Shown: piece after piece, positions 39,566-53,185 of the stretch
Numbering within the stretch: position 1 is the stretch's first letter
Layout: the number at the start of each line of letters is the position of its first letter
Origin: Tubiluchus corallicola
Lineage: Eukaryota; Animalia; Priapulida
Length of the DNA stretch: 64,000 nucleotides
Assembly (NCBI GenBank): GCA_030141605.1
Contig: JAQGDQ010000408.1
Location: 62,001 to 126,000 of the forward strand
Reading direction: 5' to 3'
Translations under genes and position numbers: made by a program
The notes under the pieces: model-generated
Databases searched by the model: none
Told to the model about the DNA's origin: nothing
The model's input: the letters and a program-made list of their open reading frames with translations, nothing else

Positions 39566-41194
39566 TTAAAACAATCATTTTGTGTTCATTGATTGAAAGA
39601 TTGCACTGTATTAACCCACAAATTATAATTCTGTTTGGCGAGTTTAAAATCAATAAAAAGTACCGACAGTTTTGCAGAAAAAAGTTGTTTAGAAGTTGTC
39701 ACAATATTAAGAATGCTGCCTATCATTAATTTTGGTAACAGTCACTCGTGCACCGTAGAAGAACAAAAAGTTACAAAATGAAGCAAACTTTTTTGGCAAA
39801 ATGTCAATTGTGAGTCAAGAAAGAAAAAACATCAAATTTCTTGAGTACCGACTAAGACTTTACAAAGCATCAGTGGTGAGTTGTGTACAGGTACTGTGGA
39901 ACAGCAGCACCCTATCTGCATTCAAAATTATAGATAATATTTAATAAAATAATTTTTTTCTTCAGTTCTCTCTTTATACTCGTACAGAGTACGTGAGGCT
40001 TCACAGCTCAGCACAGTGCACTACAGTAATACGGTGTGCATTCGGCCATGTGCACTTGTCTAAGATAAGATGCTACACAGCTAGCGTCTGCTGCTAGGTA
40101 GAGAAAGTATTGTCACTCACAAAGTGTGTTATCAGTTTTCACGTGCTTACCATAAATAAATCAAGCTGAACTGCAGCAATTTAGGATATTAGTAAGCAAA
40201 AAATAGTTTTTCGTTTAGGATTTTATGAAGTTTATGTATAAACTTTCGTTTGTTTGTTTAAGATTATCACAACATTAAAATTGCATATGTTTGCTTCATT
40301 TTGCAGCGAACGTGTGTACCAGTAAGTGGCGTACTCTACCAGCGTTGTTTTGTAACTTTTGTTTCTCTTTTGAAATGCGGTGCAACCAGCAAAGCAGGGT
40401 TGCGGTTTATACAATAAAATAATTAATATTGAAACACATGATAATATGGCGCTTCATACCATACTAAATACTTGACTGTATGAAGATTGTTTTAATTAGT
40501 TGGCTAGCTTAGCTAGTCAGTTAGTCAACCAATCAGTTTACACGAGTTTGCGGTATGGCAAGTTGAGTTACACAGCTTGGCATTCTTGGTGATGGAGTTG
40601 AAGAGGGGAAGGTTTGAGTAAGAAGGAGGTAGAGGTAAGTGGTAGGGAAGGTAGTCGGATGTGAGGAGGACCACCTAAACTGCAAGTTCGCCCAAATGCT
40701 GAATGTAAAGACTTTTATATTCTATTATCAAATCATTCGTGAAAAACTGATTTTATATCTGATTAAGGTATTGCATTTCATGTATAGTTTTGTATAAAAA
40801 TTTGTGTGAAGAGTAGCAAACTACAAAAATTATCAAATACAATGATATTGTTATTTAGTGAGAGCAATTTTTCACGAATCCACGCAAAATGCAACAACGC
40901 TAGCGGTCCTGAAGGGGTCAAGATTGACCAAAACCTGCGTGTTATGGAAGATTTTCAGCTGCAGTTTAAATTTTCATGAACTTTATTCTACAAAGAAATT
41001 GCAAGTTTATATCAGGGCTCAATCAAAATTCCACAAACCGATGAACAAATTAGGAGTTTACTCTGTACAAATTTGCATGAACTGATGTAAGAGGTCGAAT
41101 GCGTAAGAATTTATTGTCTAATTAAATTATGTTATTTAAATGACCGGTGGCCTTCAAATGCTTCATTACTTTATTTGCTTACAGTAGCCTTGCG

Positions 41195-41565
41195 CAGGAC
41201 CTATGTCAAGGGGGGAAGTGAGGATACTTCCCCGGGGCCTCACCCTCCAGGGGGGCCTCGCACCAAGGTTACATTTTTTTTGCTTTATGCGAACATACTG
41301 CCTCCTCTCTCCCTCTCTCCTGCCGCACGCGCCGTTTACCAGTATTGACAAGTATTAAGGACTGGTCTTGAGAATAAAGCAGTTTTTCTTTCAATTGTTC
41401 TTTTCTTTAACAATTGTATAACTCCATATTTTCTCTTCGAAAATGCTTCTCCGGCGTTCCAGCAGTTCAAAAATTTTCTGGGCGCCAACCATGGTAGCGC
41501 CCGCCCCCGATGGGGCCTCTCACGCCCCACTTCCCCGGGCCTCGCCTAGGCTGAAATAGGCCGTG
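41195..41565. mobile_element. GC-rich hAT-like MITE
   Basis: Perfect 8-bp TSD GCCTTGCG (41187-41194, 41566-41573), imperfect TIRs CAGGACCTAT / ATAGGCCGTG, and GGGCCTC subterminal repeats. Confidence 0.8.
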
Positions 41566-42364
41566 GCCTTGCGCTTTCTCCGTGAAAAACGGCTACATTT
41601 TATTATCGTCATACATTTATAACTTTTTAATACCAAAGGATTTCACATTTCTAATATACTAATACTTATTTTTGCAATAAAGTAATGAAGCTACTATGTG
41701 TGAGTGTCCGTAATTATATGTGATAATGTACTCTACATGGTGACACCCTGTCTAAATTTATTGAGCTGTACTTTTTATATACAAGTATTACTTATCAGGG
41801 TTGGAAAAATTGGTATAGTATGTAACAGTCAATGAATGAAATTTGCTTTTATTATTATTTTGAAACTTATTAACTATCAAAAAAGCCCAATTTGATATTA
41901 AAATCAATAAGTTTTTGTACTCTTTATTGGAGTTGTGCTTATATCTCAGTTTGTTCCTATTGTATCGAAAAATTTTAAATCAATAAATTTTTTATTCCAG
42001 TTACTTGATACCTTGATGGTATTGATAATGCTAGTGGTTTTAATGAAAAACAATAAAATTCCCGTGTTACTTTCCAAGCGTCCCGCTAAACGAGCTTGCG
42101 AAAATGTCCGATGCGCGTGATCTGCCTAACACCGTTACCAACTAAGTTAAAATTTTTGCAAAGCAAAGACCGAAAGTGCCATAAGCATTCCTTGCTTTCG
42201 TTATTTACCCAGGCGCCCTAATTCAAATATTAATAATGGCCTTTCGTTTCTTCATTCAATTGTTACTTATCATTGGAAATTATATATTTAAGTTATTGTA
42301 TATTACATTAAGTATAGTCACTGAAATTATATAAAATGTAAATAAATATAGGAACAGTAAAATT

Positions 42365-42365
42365 G

Positions 42366-42408
<43 letters not shown>

Positions 42409-42481
42409 CAGTAGTAGCAGTAGCAGCAGTAGCAGCAGCAGCAGCAGTAGTAGTCGCAATAGTAGTAGTTGTAGTAGTAGC

Positions 42482-42516
<35 letters not shown>

Positions 42517-42517
42517 C

Positions 42518-42582
<65 letters not shown>

Positions 42583-42588
42583 TAGTTC

Positions 42589-42672
<84 letters not shown>

Positions 42673-42712
42673 CAGTAGCAGCAGCAGCAGTAATAGTAAT
42701 ACAGTAGTCAGT
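42365..42712. repeat. (TAG)n/(CAG)n microsatellite
   Basis: ~115 GTA triplets; source of the poly-T and poly-V ORFs. Confidence 0.99.
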
Positions 42713-42849
42713 AGGCATCATACATTTTGTCTAATTAGTAATGCATTGTACTAATTGATATCAGAATTAAGCATTTGTCTTGCTTAAAAATTTCCCTAAC
42801 TTTCTAACTTAGAGATTGCGGACAGTTCAAGATGGGTGCCATATGTTAT

Positions 42850-43185
42850 GCATCTGATTTGCGTCCTGAGATTTATTCACTCCAACAGAGAAGAGAAACA
42901 GCTGACTTGTATGAACTATTCAAGTACTTTATAAATGGAGACAACTGTGTTAGCTGTGATACACTAGTTGAGCCTGCACCTCTGCTGCCCACTAGCGGTC
43001 ATTCTAAGAAATTGTATAAACCGTATGCAAGAACTAATTGTTGTAAAAGTTCATTTCTTTCACACCGTGTAGTGAACAAATGGAATAGTTTGCCAGAAAG
43101 AGTGGTCAGTGCACTGAACTTGAACGTTTTTAAGGAGAGATCACTGAACTTGAACGTTTTTAAGGAGAGATTGAGGGCTTCGTGA
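42850..43185 (+). mobile_element. CR1-type LINE ORF2 C-terminal fragment
   Basis: YSLQQRRETADLYELFK...SGHSKKLYKP...SFLSHRVVNKWNSLPERVVSALNLNVFKERL matches the CR1 C-terminal consensus (SL..RR.R.DL...YK...RGH..KL....FFS.RVV..WN.LP..VV.A.S...FK..L). Confidence 0.85.
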
Positions 43186-43359
43186 TAAGAAGCCAAAATT
43201 ACTATGAAAGGATTATTATTATTATTATTAATTATTATTATTATTGTGAAAGGAACCCAAGATTTCGGAAAATCTGGAGACGTTACCTCCTGGGTGAGAC
43301 GGTACCTTAGTGCCTAGTGGAATGGTGCTGTTAGGCAATCTGGTAGATCTATCTTTACT

Positions 43360-43527
<168 letters not shown>

Positions 43528-45498
43528 AAATAACTAAACTTAATTCTTGTATTTATTTCGTTATTGTTACTAATGTTATCAAAATTACGTTTGCTGTGAT
43601 AGGTAAAGTTGATAATTTTTTAGTTTGGTTTGTAATAATATTATTCTTCTGTTTTTAATAGTCTACGTAGAGTTCTTTTTTCTAGTTTTTTTTCGGAAAA
43701 TAACATCGGCGCCATTACACTTACGCACCGTCTACTTTTTTCTGGCCTATTCTTTGTTTTTACACCTGTAGGCCGTAAATTAGATGAGCAGGTGTAATAT
43801 ACACCATATTCCTATAATATTATAGGTTTTTAGGCGTTACAATTTCTGCTGCTTTGTTGTTGTTCTTCTTTTTCTTCTTTTATTTTTTTCCTTTTTTTAT
43901 TTTTTCGTTCTTGCTCTTTTTTGTTCTTGTACTTCTTGTCCTTAATTGCTGTCCCTGTCTGTTCTCGTTTTTCTCTTATTTTTGTTGTTCTTTTTTATTT
44001 TCTTCTTCATCTTCTTGTTCTTGTTTTTTTCTTGCCCTGCTTGTGTCTGTCTGTTGTTGTTCTACTTTTTCTTTTTTTCTTCTGGCTCTTCTTGTTATTC
44101 TTCTTAAATTCTTCAGGAATCATCTTTTTCTTTTGGACGGTTTAAAATTATTTATTGCATATGGGACTGCAAGTAAGCAGGTGTTCGGTTTTTTCAAACT
44201 TCCTGACATCCCGAGGGGTGGGATTTTCTGTAAATAAATTTCAATTAGAAAGCTGCCCAATTGAAGAAAGATAACATAAAGTGTTGGTTTGCCTAGAACG
44301 AATGTATTTATATGTGGCAAGTGACAAAAAGCCATTTAACTATAATATTTTGTGGTCACACAAACCCCTAAACTAATGAGTAAGCCATTGTTTTAAGTAT
44401 GCAGCAAATAACCCAGTAGTCGGAGGCATGTGAGCATAAGGAGGAAGTATTTATTCGGCAACAATGCAAATAATTATACTTCATTTACAACAGTGCTAAA
44501 ATAAAAAAATGATGCAACATATAATAATTTTTGTGGACAAAAACACTAACAAAAAGAACTTTTTATTTGTTTTCTACTACCTTCCTCCCCTACGCCCATA
44601 TTGTATATATGTATAAGCTACTACAAGTTGTACATGTATAATGATGATGGCATCGGAATAGTAGCAGTGATGGCGATGACAATGGTAAAAATAACACTGC
44701 AATAATGGTGGTGATAATGAGTATCACATACGTTTGTGATGAAAATGAGTGTTATAGGCCCACCGTATCACTTTAAATAAAATTTAAATATAAATTAAAA
44801 GTGATTTTTTTAGAACCTACAGATCACTAAGGGCAGCTGAAGCTTCAAACTATTTGTATTTATAGGTAATGTGCAGGCCTTAAATACAATGTTTCTAGAC
44901 CTAAAATGCCATTATAGTCCCGTGTCATTTTGCAAATTGTCTTTTCTGTGTTTTTTGTTTCTCCTTCGGTGTGTAGTCAGACACAAGCTGACATATCCAA
45001 GGACCATATTCCCTTGTATTAATATTATACAATATTACGATAATATTATAGGTTTTTAAGCGTTTGTGGAAATACTAATTTAAACCCAATATCTTCCTCG
45101 AAATACAAGTCAGAAATGCAGGTTTGACCACAACGTGCCACGTTTTATATCACTTTTTATTCCCTTCCTCAGCACTATCAATTCCAAATTAGTCGATAAC
45201 TCGTATAGCGCAAACGATTTAAATTTTAAAATCAAAACATTTAAATTTATTTGAACAATAGAACACTCAAAATGAAACATTAAAAAGAATAAATGCTTGA
45301 ACTACCATTAACAATACGAAATGAAAGTGAGCAAAAAGTTAACAAAATAATACAACACGCACACAAACATTTAATTGTTAGTAATATGCTTAAATAACAG
45401 ACAAAAATACATAAAACTATTCGAAAGCTTCTTGGAAATCTTAATCTCTTTGGCATTTTTTCATCCTAATAGCAGAAATCGTGTGTGGCCTGCATCTA

Positions 45499-48400
45499 TT
45501 AGTATTTCACGTGTCTGGTCGAGTATGATCTACCGTACTTTGGATACGAGTACCTGCGGCCATGAGTTCTATACCTGATATAAATTTCTGAAAAACATAA
45601 AATGTTATGTAATAGAAATACTAAAATAGAAACATCGGTTAAAGTTAGAAACTGCATAATGGATCCAAAACGTATTATGAATTATAAGTGGCGGCTCGTA
45701 GCTAAAATTAGTGAGGGTGCTTGCTTCAAAAAATTTTTAGCCATTGTTTTAACACCATGTAAAATGTAACAAACATATGTAATTTTAATGTTGCAGTTAT
45801 ATTTGAAGATCAGGTGTTGAACGGCCTCTTACTTAACTGCAACTTTCTCATTGAGAGACAACTGAAAAATTAAGCTGTAGTAGTTCACTTACAGTCACAG
45901 AACTTATTTCTTGGGGATGCATGGGCCATGGCAAATGCGACTTATCTCACTTTATTTTAGTAAAAATTAAACTCACTACTCTGGATTGCATCATCATCAT
46001 CATACGCCCGTCACGTCTATTGTAGACATTGGGCAGGCAGATTTTTTGTCAATCACCGAAATCTTCTTGTGTTTTAACATGCTTTTCAAGCTTGCATCGC
46101 TTGCAATAAAGCGTTTATTATTAAATAATTTATGTTATAATAAATTACACGCCAAGTTTACACTTTATCACATCCAAGAATATGACGGTACACGGTAAGC
46201 ATGTAGCAATTGTTACTGTGTTAGACACAGCACTTTTCTACCTAGCAACAGTGATAGCGTAAAGCATACTATCTCAGACATGTGCGCATGGCCACATGCG
46301 CACAATAGCGAAACACCACTGTGCTGGGCTGTGAAGCAAACAGTACTTCCCTCACATGCTCCGGTTCCGCACAAGCATAAAAAAGAACTAAAAGAAAAAG
46401 ACTCATTACATTGAATACCATCGATAATGAGTGAAAACAGTACCACAGTACCTATACACGAGCTGCCACTGTAAATTATACTAGATGCCTATATAATAAA
46501 GCCATGACTGACCCGTAAATGCATAGTTACACTTGTGCTAAAACTAGATATTATATAAACGTACTTTTTCGATCACAGCGTTTGCCTCCCCAACCATTGT
46601 AGCACTTACAAGTGTAGGACGAACCCCAAGCTTGACAGTATCCATGTGGGCCACAGCGAATGCCATAACAAGGATCTAGAAAGAGACCAAATTTTCGCTG
46701 ACCACTCAAAACTTAGTAGACAAAAACCTCCTTAAAGGGACGAAAAGGGAATTTATAAAGCATGTCCAAAAGAACTTTCATATTACTTGGCTTTACACTT
46801 ACTTCATTGAAAGACTAGAAAAAAGTGTTAGTTTGCACCAACTATTAAAATTACCAATGACTCACCTTCCCAGCATGCATGCACCATTGGCTCACCAAAA
46901 GAACGTATTTTTAATCTTGTTGACAAGATACAGTATTTCAAACTTTTGATTAGTTAGTGAAATGTGCGCTACAAATGCCCCGATTATTTTTTAAACTTTA
47001 CGCAATGTTATCTAAACGTGTTTCAAATGACATCAAAATGGCTGCGCCTAATGTTCATCGGGGGAATTAATAAATTTACAAATTTTATACAGCGTTGCTC
47101 CTAATACAAACTCTGCATACAGTAAGACATAATATAGATGATACAAAATTTCAGGACGGTTTTCTTAGCTTTGTGTTAGTAAAGCGTTTCTTGCGCGAGC
47201 ACTACATACCACGTTTTTGATTACAGTACTGTCCGTAATATCCGTCAGAACATTTACAGTAGAATTTGTCCCCATGCCCGCTGTATGTATCATAAACATA
47301 GCAAGTGCCGTAATAACCACAGGGCTTTCCGTAACAAGGATCTGTAACAAAGCAGAACTGCATTAACGTGTTTCAATTACTGCCAGAATTGTACAAACTG
47401 TAAATTAATTTTGCAAAACATAAAAAAAAATTCTTAGAAATAACGGAAAGTGAAGAGAATACTACCGCGATATTTTTCACAGTGTTCTCCGTAGTATCCC
47501 TCGTAACATCTGCAGTAGTATCTATTACCATGTCCATTGTATGTTTCTTTTAGGTAACAAATGCCATGGCTGCCACAAGGTTTTCCATGACAGGGATCTG
47601 GATGAAAAAACAACAAACACCCAGCGATATATATTCCAGTTTGCTATCGTAATACACTGGAATAATTTTTATACATGTAGTACAGTAGACCTACTTTCTA
47701 CAAACTATAGAATAATGTAGAACACTATTCCATAATACAGTATAGTTACTGATACTAGAGAGTGTAGAATGTATAGAGATATATAATATCTGTATACATT
47801 CTACATTATAGTATGTTACTATTATACCATACTGTACAATAGCATTCTGCACTATTCTATATGCTACGCTATTTCCCAGTGTACACACATTATAGCTAAA
47901 TCGAATATTCTACAATGTACTTTTTACTAGATACATTAAAAAGTATACGTTATAACTAAGCTGGTCTTACAAGCTTTGCTTCTTGACCACCATGCAGCAT
48001 ATATTTCCTGTTGATAAACTATTATGTAGTTAGTAACTATATTAATACCGTACAATAAATTACGTCGATTACGTCAAATTACAAACAATGATCTACAAAA
48101 ATATACTACATATACGTTAAAAGGTAAAGAATATGGGTTGAAATTGCAAACGTAATATACAAATATACAAAAAAAAAACACACCATGAATGTTAGTACAG
48201 TAGTCGCCTGAGTATCCATCTTTGCATTTGCAGTAGAATCTATCGCCGTGTCCGCTGTACGTTTCGTGGGCATAACAAGTGCCGTAACTACCACAAGGAT
48301 TTCCCTTACAAGGATCTATACAAGACCAAGTGAAACGATGTAGGCCTTTAATTATATTGAATTTTGCAATAGACAGTCAATGTAATCTATGAAATATGGC

Positions 48401-51400
48401 GAGCTATACGCAGGGAAAGATTAACTATTAGGCTAAATTGACTAATAGACAGAGATAATGGCATTTACAAAAAGGTAACAAAATCACTTAACTTGCTAAA
48501 AACAAGTAGCTAATATTTGCTTTCGTTTTTTGAAGCATTACCACTACCCCATTTTCAGGTCCGGTAAAAAGTATACATTTAATTAATACTGCAAAAGTAT
48601 TTCTGATAATTAAATAATAGACTGAAAAAATAATTAACGGCAAGTGAGCCCAACTATTGATGACATCACATACTAACATAATTTTTCAGTAGCAAAAATA
48701 TTCCACAAGCGTGTCGCGCCTGTTTGTGACAGCGAAAATTGAAGTACAGTGCTACTGTAAGATATTCAGTGTGTTGTACTAAGACTAGGCAAGTTTTAAA
48801 ATAAAAATTCAAACTTCAAATGTACCGTTGTGCTCATGCATGAGCTGTCGAGCGTAGTTCGTCACAAACTAACACATCCGAACTGAGAGGTGCAGCACCT
48901 GTTTTTGTGCAATGGGTTTCCGAAATGCAGGCGCTACTGTCCTGTTTCCTTTCAATATTTAAAAGAGTAAATTGTTTTGACCTATAGTTTAACATTGGGC
49001 TCAGTTTTCCTTTAATTGATCGAGCTTACATTGTACATAAAATGTGTCATTTTTCGCTAGAGACCAACACACCTGGGATACAGAATGCTTCACCACAAAA
49101 CAATTGAACACAGGTAGTCCTGACCACACAGGCACAAACACACTGTCTGTTTTGGACACCTGGGCAATTTGGGCACATGGGCCATGAATGGCATTTGTAA
49201 AGGACAGATCATTTAGACACATACTTCTAACTGATCAAAGCTTCAGAACCTTCATCAGAAGTAGCCTCGTAGAAAAACAGCAAGTCAACTTTTGGTTAGC
49301 CCAGACGAAGGGGCATGACAAACTACATGTAAATGATTTATCACGAGTAGGCTGTATTTTGCTGTGTATTGTGCTAACGATTATACCCCATCTGTGGCAT
49401 TTTGTCTAAGTATTTTTTCTTCATTGTGATGCATTGATTGCATTGTTTATGTAATGTTATGGATTGTAAATCATGAACAAACGATATATAATATAATGGC
49501 AAAGGCTGTCGATAAGTCAATAGAAAAATAGGAAGCCAGTTTCGTAATTATTAACATTCATTACAGTTTCCGAGAAGTTTGATGGTAATCTATGCAAGTA
49601 TGCATACTCGTAAATCCCTTCGTTTGTTTATAACTTTAGGCCCGTGAAATACTTAATCCACCCCTGGTTACGTGATTACATAGTTTTCACTTTACAAACT
49701 TAGCTGAATTGAAATGAACTTTTAGCATTAAAAATTACCATAAAGATAATGCACTAAAAAGACAAAATTGCTATACACACAAAATACTAATGACATAGGC
49801 CTACTGACATACCACGATACTGGTTGCAGTAAACTCCATAATATCCTTTGTTACATATGCAGTAGAATCTGTCACCATATCCATTGTACGTTTCATGTGG
49901 ATAACAAGTACCATGGCTGCCACAAGGAGCTCCATAGCAGGGATCTTTAAAAGTGAAAAATAAAATTAACAATTCCCACTTTAACACAATATCTGAGGGG
50001 TAGCTCTCGTCAAAAATATGGACAGAAAGTTACAAAAACCCTCTAAATAAAAACGGTAATAATAATAATTGTTTAATACTGCTGTCATCATCAGTAGTAG
50101 ATTTTGTCAAACATACAACCAATTTGCATAGGCAGAGCCTACTGTATAGAACATTATGCACTACTAATTATGTATTTAACAGAAGCCAGATAGGTAATGA
50201 ATAAAATAGACCAGTAGAAAAGAAATTGATACAGTAAATTTTGCACTAATTATGTATTTACAAAAACAGGTAATGATTAAGCAGACCTGATAAAAAGAAA
50301 CTGACGCAGTAAAAGATAGCTAAATGTTTGAAAATAAAGCAAATTAATGACCATATTTGTCACAACGTACATACCACCATATTCAGTGCAGTAATCTCCA
50401 GAATATCCTTCGGAACAATCGCAGTGGTATCCGCTATCAGTTTTGTGAGGAACACAAGAACACAAGTACCATAATTGCCACAAGGATTTCCTTGACACTG
50501 ATCTATTCGTAATAAAAAGGTAAAGGTGAGCATTCACTACCAAAAGCGAATTAGAATCGAATGGAATATGTGACAATGTGACTTTGAACTCGAATAAAAC
50601 GTTTTTTCAAATCGAATTCGAATTCAGTCGTCAACACGTGCAAAGAAATCATGGAATCATTAGTAAAAGGCCGTCTCACGATGTTCGTGCATATTCTGCA
50701 GTAAAAACACTAATAATTTGTAAAATCGTGCTCAGAAATTGCAGCTAAATTGTTCTGTTTGCCTGCTGTTTCTAACGTTTTAATGATAAAGAACGTATGT
50801 AGTTGAAGTGTTCAACTATTCTAATCTATAATTGTAAGTTGGAACCGCATTCGAGCAAAAAACTGAAAACCGATATAATTATAAGGCTAACGTAACCTCA
50901 ATCTAAAAACTAGAATGCATTATATTCATGACGGGTATTTTCGTCATTGGATTTGTTTCAATACGTTAATGTGTCGTCTTTGTACTTTTCGTCATTAAGT
51001 ATATCATATGCGTACTTTTGTTAGTATTATTGCCCATGTGGGCTGTCTGTCTACATTGTTTTGTATATTACGCAAAAGATAGCCAAGTGTTTGAAAATAA
51101 AGCAAATTAATGACCATATTTGCGCCTCTAGCCACAAAGCTGGTTTTAATAATTTCAGCTTCATGATTAGAGCTACAAATAACTGGGACTTATTAATAAA
51201 AGAAAGTATATTTATGTACCCTAATAAGTCTTCTCTTAATGTACAAAGCAGTTTAATTTCTTTAACCTTATTCTCAAACATTTGGCTATTTTGTTACTGT
51301 ATCAATTTCTTTTCTGCGGGTCTGCTTAATCAATAACTATTAGGATATTAATTAGTGCATTAATTACTATATCAATTTCTTTTCTACTGGTCAGCTTATT

Positions 51401-53185
51401 CACTACCTATTTAACTTCTATTAAATACATAATTAGTGCATAATGTTCTATACTGCAGGCTCTGCCTATATAAACTGATTGTATGTTTGTAAAAATTTGC
51501 CACTGATGATGTTGATTTGCCACTGAGCAGCTTTGTTGAAACGTTTGGCATGATTTTTAACTCTGTAAATTAAAAAAGTTTTAATAATATTGTCGTGTTT
51601 AACTATAATTTTTTTAAGTGTCTGTCAAAAACATAATTATCACAACGTACATACCACGATATTCAGTGCAGTAATCTCCAGAATATCCTTCGGAACAATC
51701 GCAGTGGTATCCGCTATCAAATTCGTGAGGAACACAAGTACCATAATTGCCACAAGGATTTCCTTGACACTGATCTATTCGTAACAAAAAGGTAAAGGTG
51801 AGCATTCACTACCAAAAGCGAATTCGAATCGAGTGAAATATGTGACAATGTGACTTTGAACTCGAATAAAACGTTTTTCCAAATCGAATTCGAATTCAGT
51901 CGTCAACACGTGCTAACAAATCATGGAATCATTAGTAAAAAGCCGTCTCACGATGTTCGTGCATATTCTGCAGTAAAAACACTAATAATTTGTAAAATCG
52001 TGCTCAGAAATTGCAGCTAAATTGTTCTGTTTGCCTGCTGTTTCTAACGTTTGAATGATAAAGAACGTATGTAGTTGAAGTGTTCAACTATTCTAATCTA
52101 TAATTGTAAGTTGGAACCGCATTCGAGCTAAAAAAAAACTGAAAACCGATATAACTATAAGGCTAACGTAACCTCAATCTAAAAACTAGAATGCATTATA
52201 TTCATGACGGGTATTTTCGTCATTGGATTTGTTTCAATACGTTACTTCTACTTTCAATCTTTGTACTTTTCGTCGTTAAGACATAGTTTTGTTAGTATGT
52301 TTGCCCTTACATTGTCTGTCTACATTGTTTTGTGTATTACGCAAATGAAGACACTTACAGTAGGGTCCGTAAAGCTCAGAACTTGAAGTAGTAGCGTGTT
52401 CATGTGGAATTTCCGGTTCTTCTGATACTTCGTCGTGAATTGCAAGTGCCAGGGTAGTCATTAGCAGGAGCAATGTAGTTACTTCTAGTATGATGTTCCT
52501 ATGATCATAAAATGTGACGATTTGAAAATTCAAGTGCATACACGAGTTTCAGACTTGTTCAACTTTTATTACATTAACTTTACTAAATTGTAAAACCATT
52601 TCATCTTGTACTGCCTGTACCTGTTACCGTTTGCAACAGGCGTGGAACTAATATTTAAAGAAAGTTTCACGGCTAATACAGGGTGTTCCAGAAGAAACAC
52701 AGCAGTAGAAATTATGCTGATTGCATATGCTCATATCAGAATGAATAAAGCGCAGTTGTTTGGTAGGAAAACTGGAGCTAGCAAACATAATATGTGTACC
52801 TCGCTGTGATATTATAATGCAGATTTATTATTAAATCTCTACACAAAATAGAAAAAAAGAATTTGCTACATAATAAAAACTTCCGTGTTTTTTATAACAT
52901 ACAGCAATGCTCCTGTTTGTATCTTCAAGTTAACGGCGCATTTTCAGCAGTTATTGCAGTATAATCTCTTACTAGATGACTTAATATCTCATAGCTCGAT
53001 ATCACATCTTATTTTGATTTTATAAGTATATTTCCGGATATTAGCATATTTCTACTTCTCTGTTTTTTCCAGGACGCCCTGTACTTTAATGGAACACCCA
53101 CGAACTTTAATGCCACCGTTATTGGTAACACATATTCAATAAACTAATAAAAACCAACTTTTGTACAATTGGAACTTACTTACAT
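45499..53185 (-). CDS. Secreted Tyr/Gly/His-rich EGF-repeat protein (6 intact EGF exons plus 1 frameshifted), ~329 aa, with a Tyr/Arg/Lys C-terminal tail
   Basis: Exons 53185-53184 (AT), 52498-52359, 51774-51655, 49944-49813, 48315-48184, 47597-47466, 47341-47210, 46675-46565 and 45587-45499 total 990 nt in frame with GT-AG sites; each EGF exon is symmetric phase 1. Signal peptide MNIILEVTTLLLLMTTLALA, acidic spacer, EGFs such as DPCYGKPCGYYGTCYVYDTYSGHGDKFYCKCSDGYYGQYCNQKR, tail KIYIRYRTHGRRYSYPKYGRSYSTRHVKY*. Confidence 0.85.
45686..46471. mobile_element. hAT-like non-autonomous element in the last intron of the EGF gene
   Basis: Termini AGTGGCGGCTCGT ... ACGAGCTGCCACTG with near-TSD TGAATTAT/TAAATTAT. 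Related sequence at ~22450-22815 and ~39990-40300. Confidence 0.65.
48490..48990. mobile_element. Dispersed non-autonomous repeat family
   Basis: Shares GAGAGGT.CAGCACCTGTTTTT..GCAA...AAATGCAGG.GCTACTG and GTACAGTGCTACTGTAAGATATTCAGTGTGTTG blocks with ~3130-3660 (inverted), ~27985-28095 and ~58590-58860. Confidence 0.7.
50375..50502 (-). pseudogene. Frameshifted duplicate EGF exon (pseudo-exon)
   Basis: Near-identical to exon 51655-51774 with intact AG/GT, but carries an 8-nt tandem duplication (AACACAAG AACACAAG, 50451-50466), giving 128 nt. It is part of a ~0.65-kb segmental duplication (~50360-51000 vs ~51640-52290). Confidence 0.85.
52679..53081. mobile_element. Tc1/mariner MITE in EGF-gene intron 1
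   Basis: TA|CAGGGTGTTCCAGAAGAAACACAGCAGTAGAAAT ... ATTTCTACTTCTCTGTTTTTTCCAGGACGCCCTG|TA. Confidence 0.85.

Noticed and set aside
42308-42721. Mucin-like poly-Thr and poly-Val ORFs
   Set aside because: Pure (TAG)n microsatellite with no supporting splice context.
43854-44335. Lys-rich region as a possible histone H1
   Set aside because: No H1 globular domain, stop codons in the K-rich frame, and no stem-loop; it is a low-complexity purine tract.
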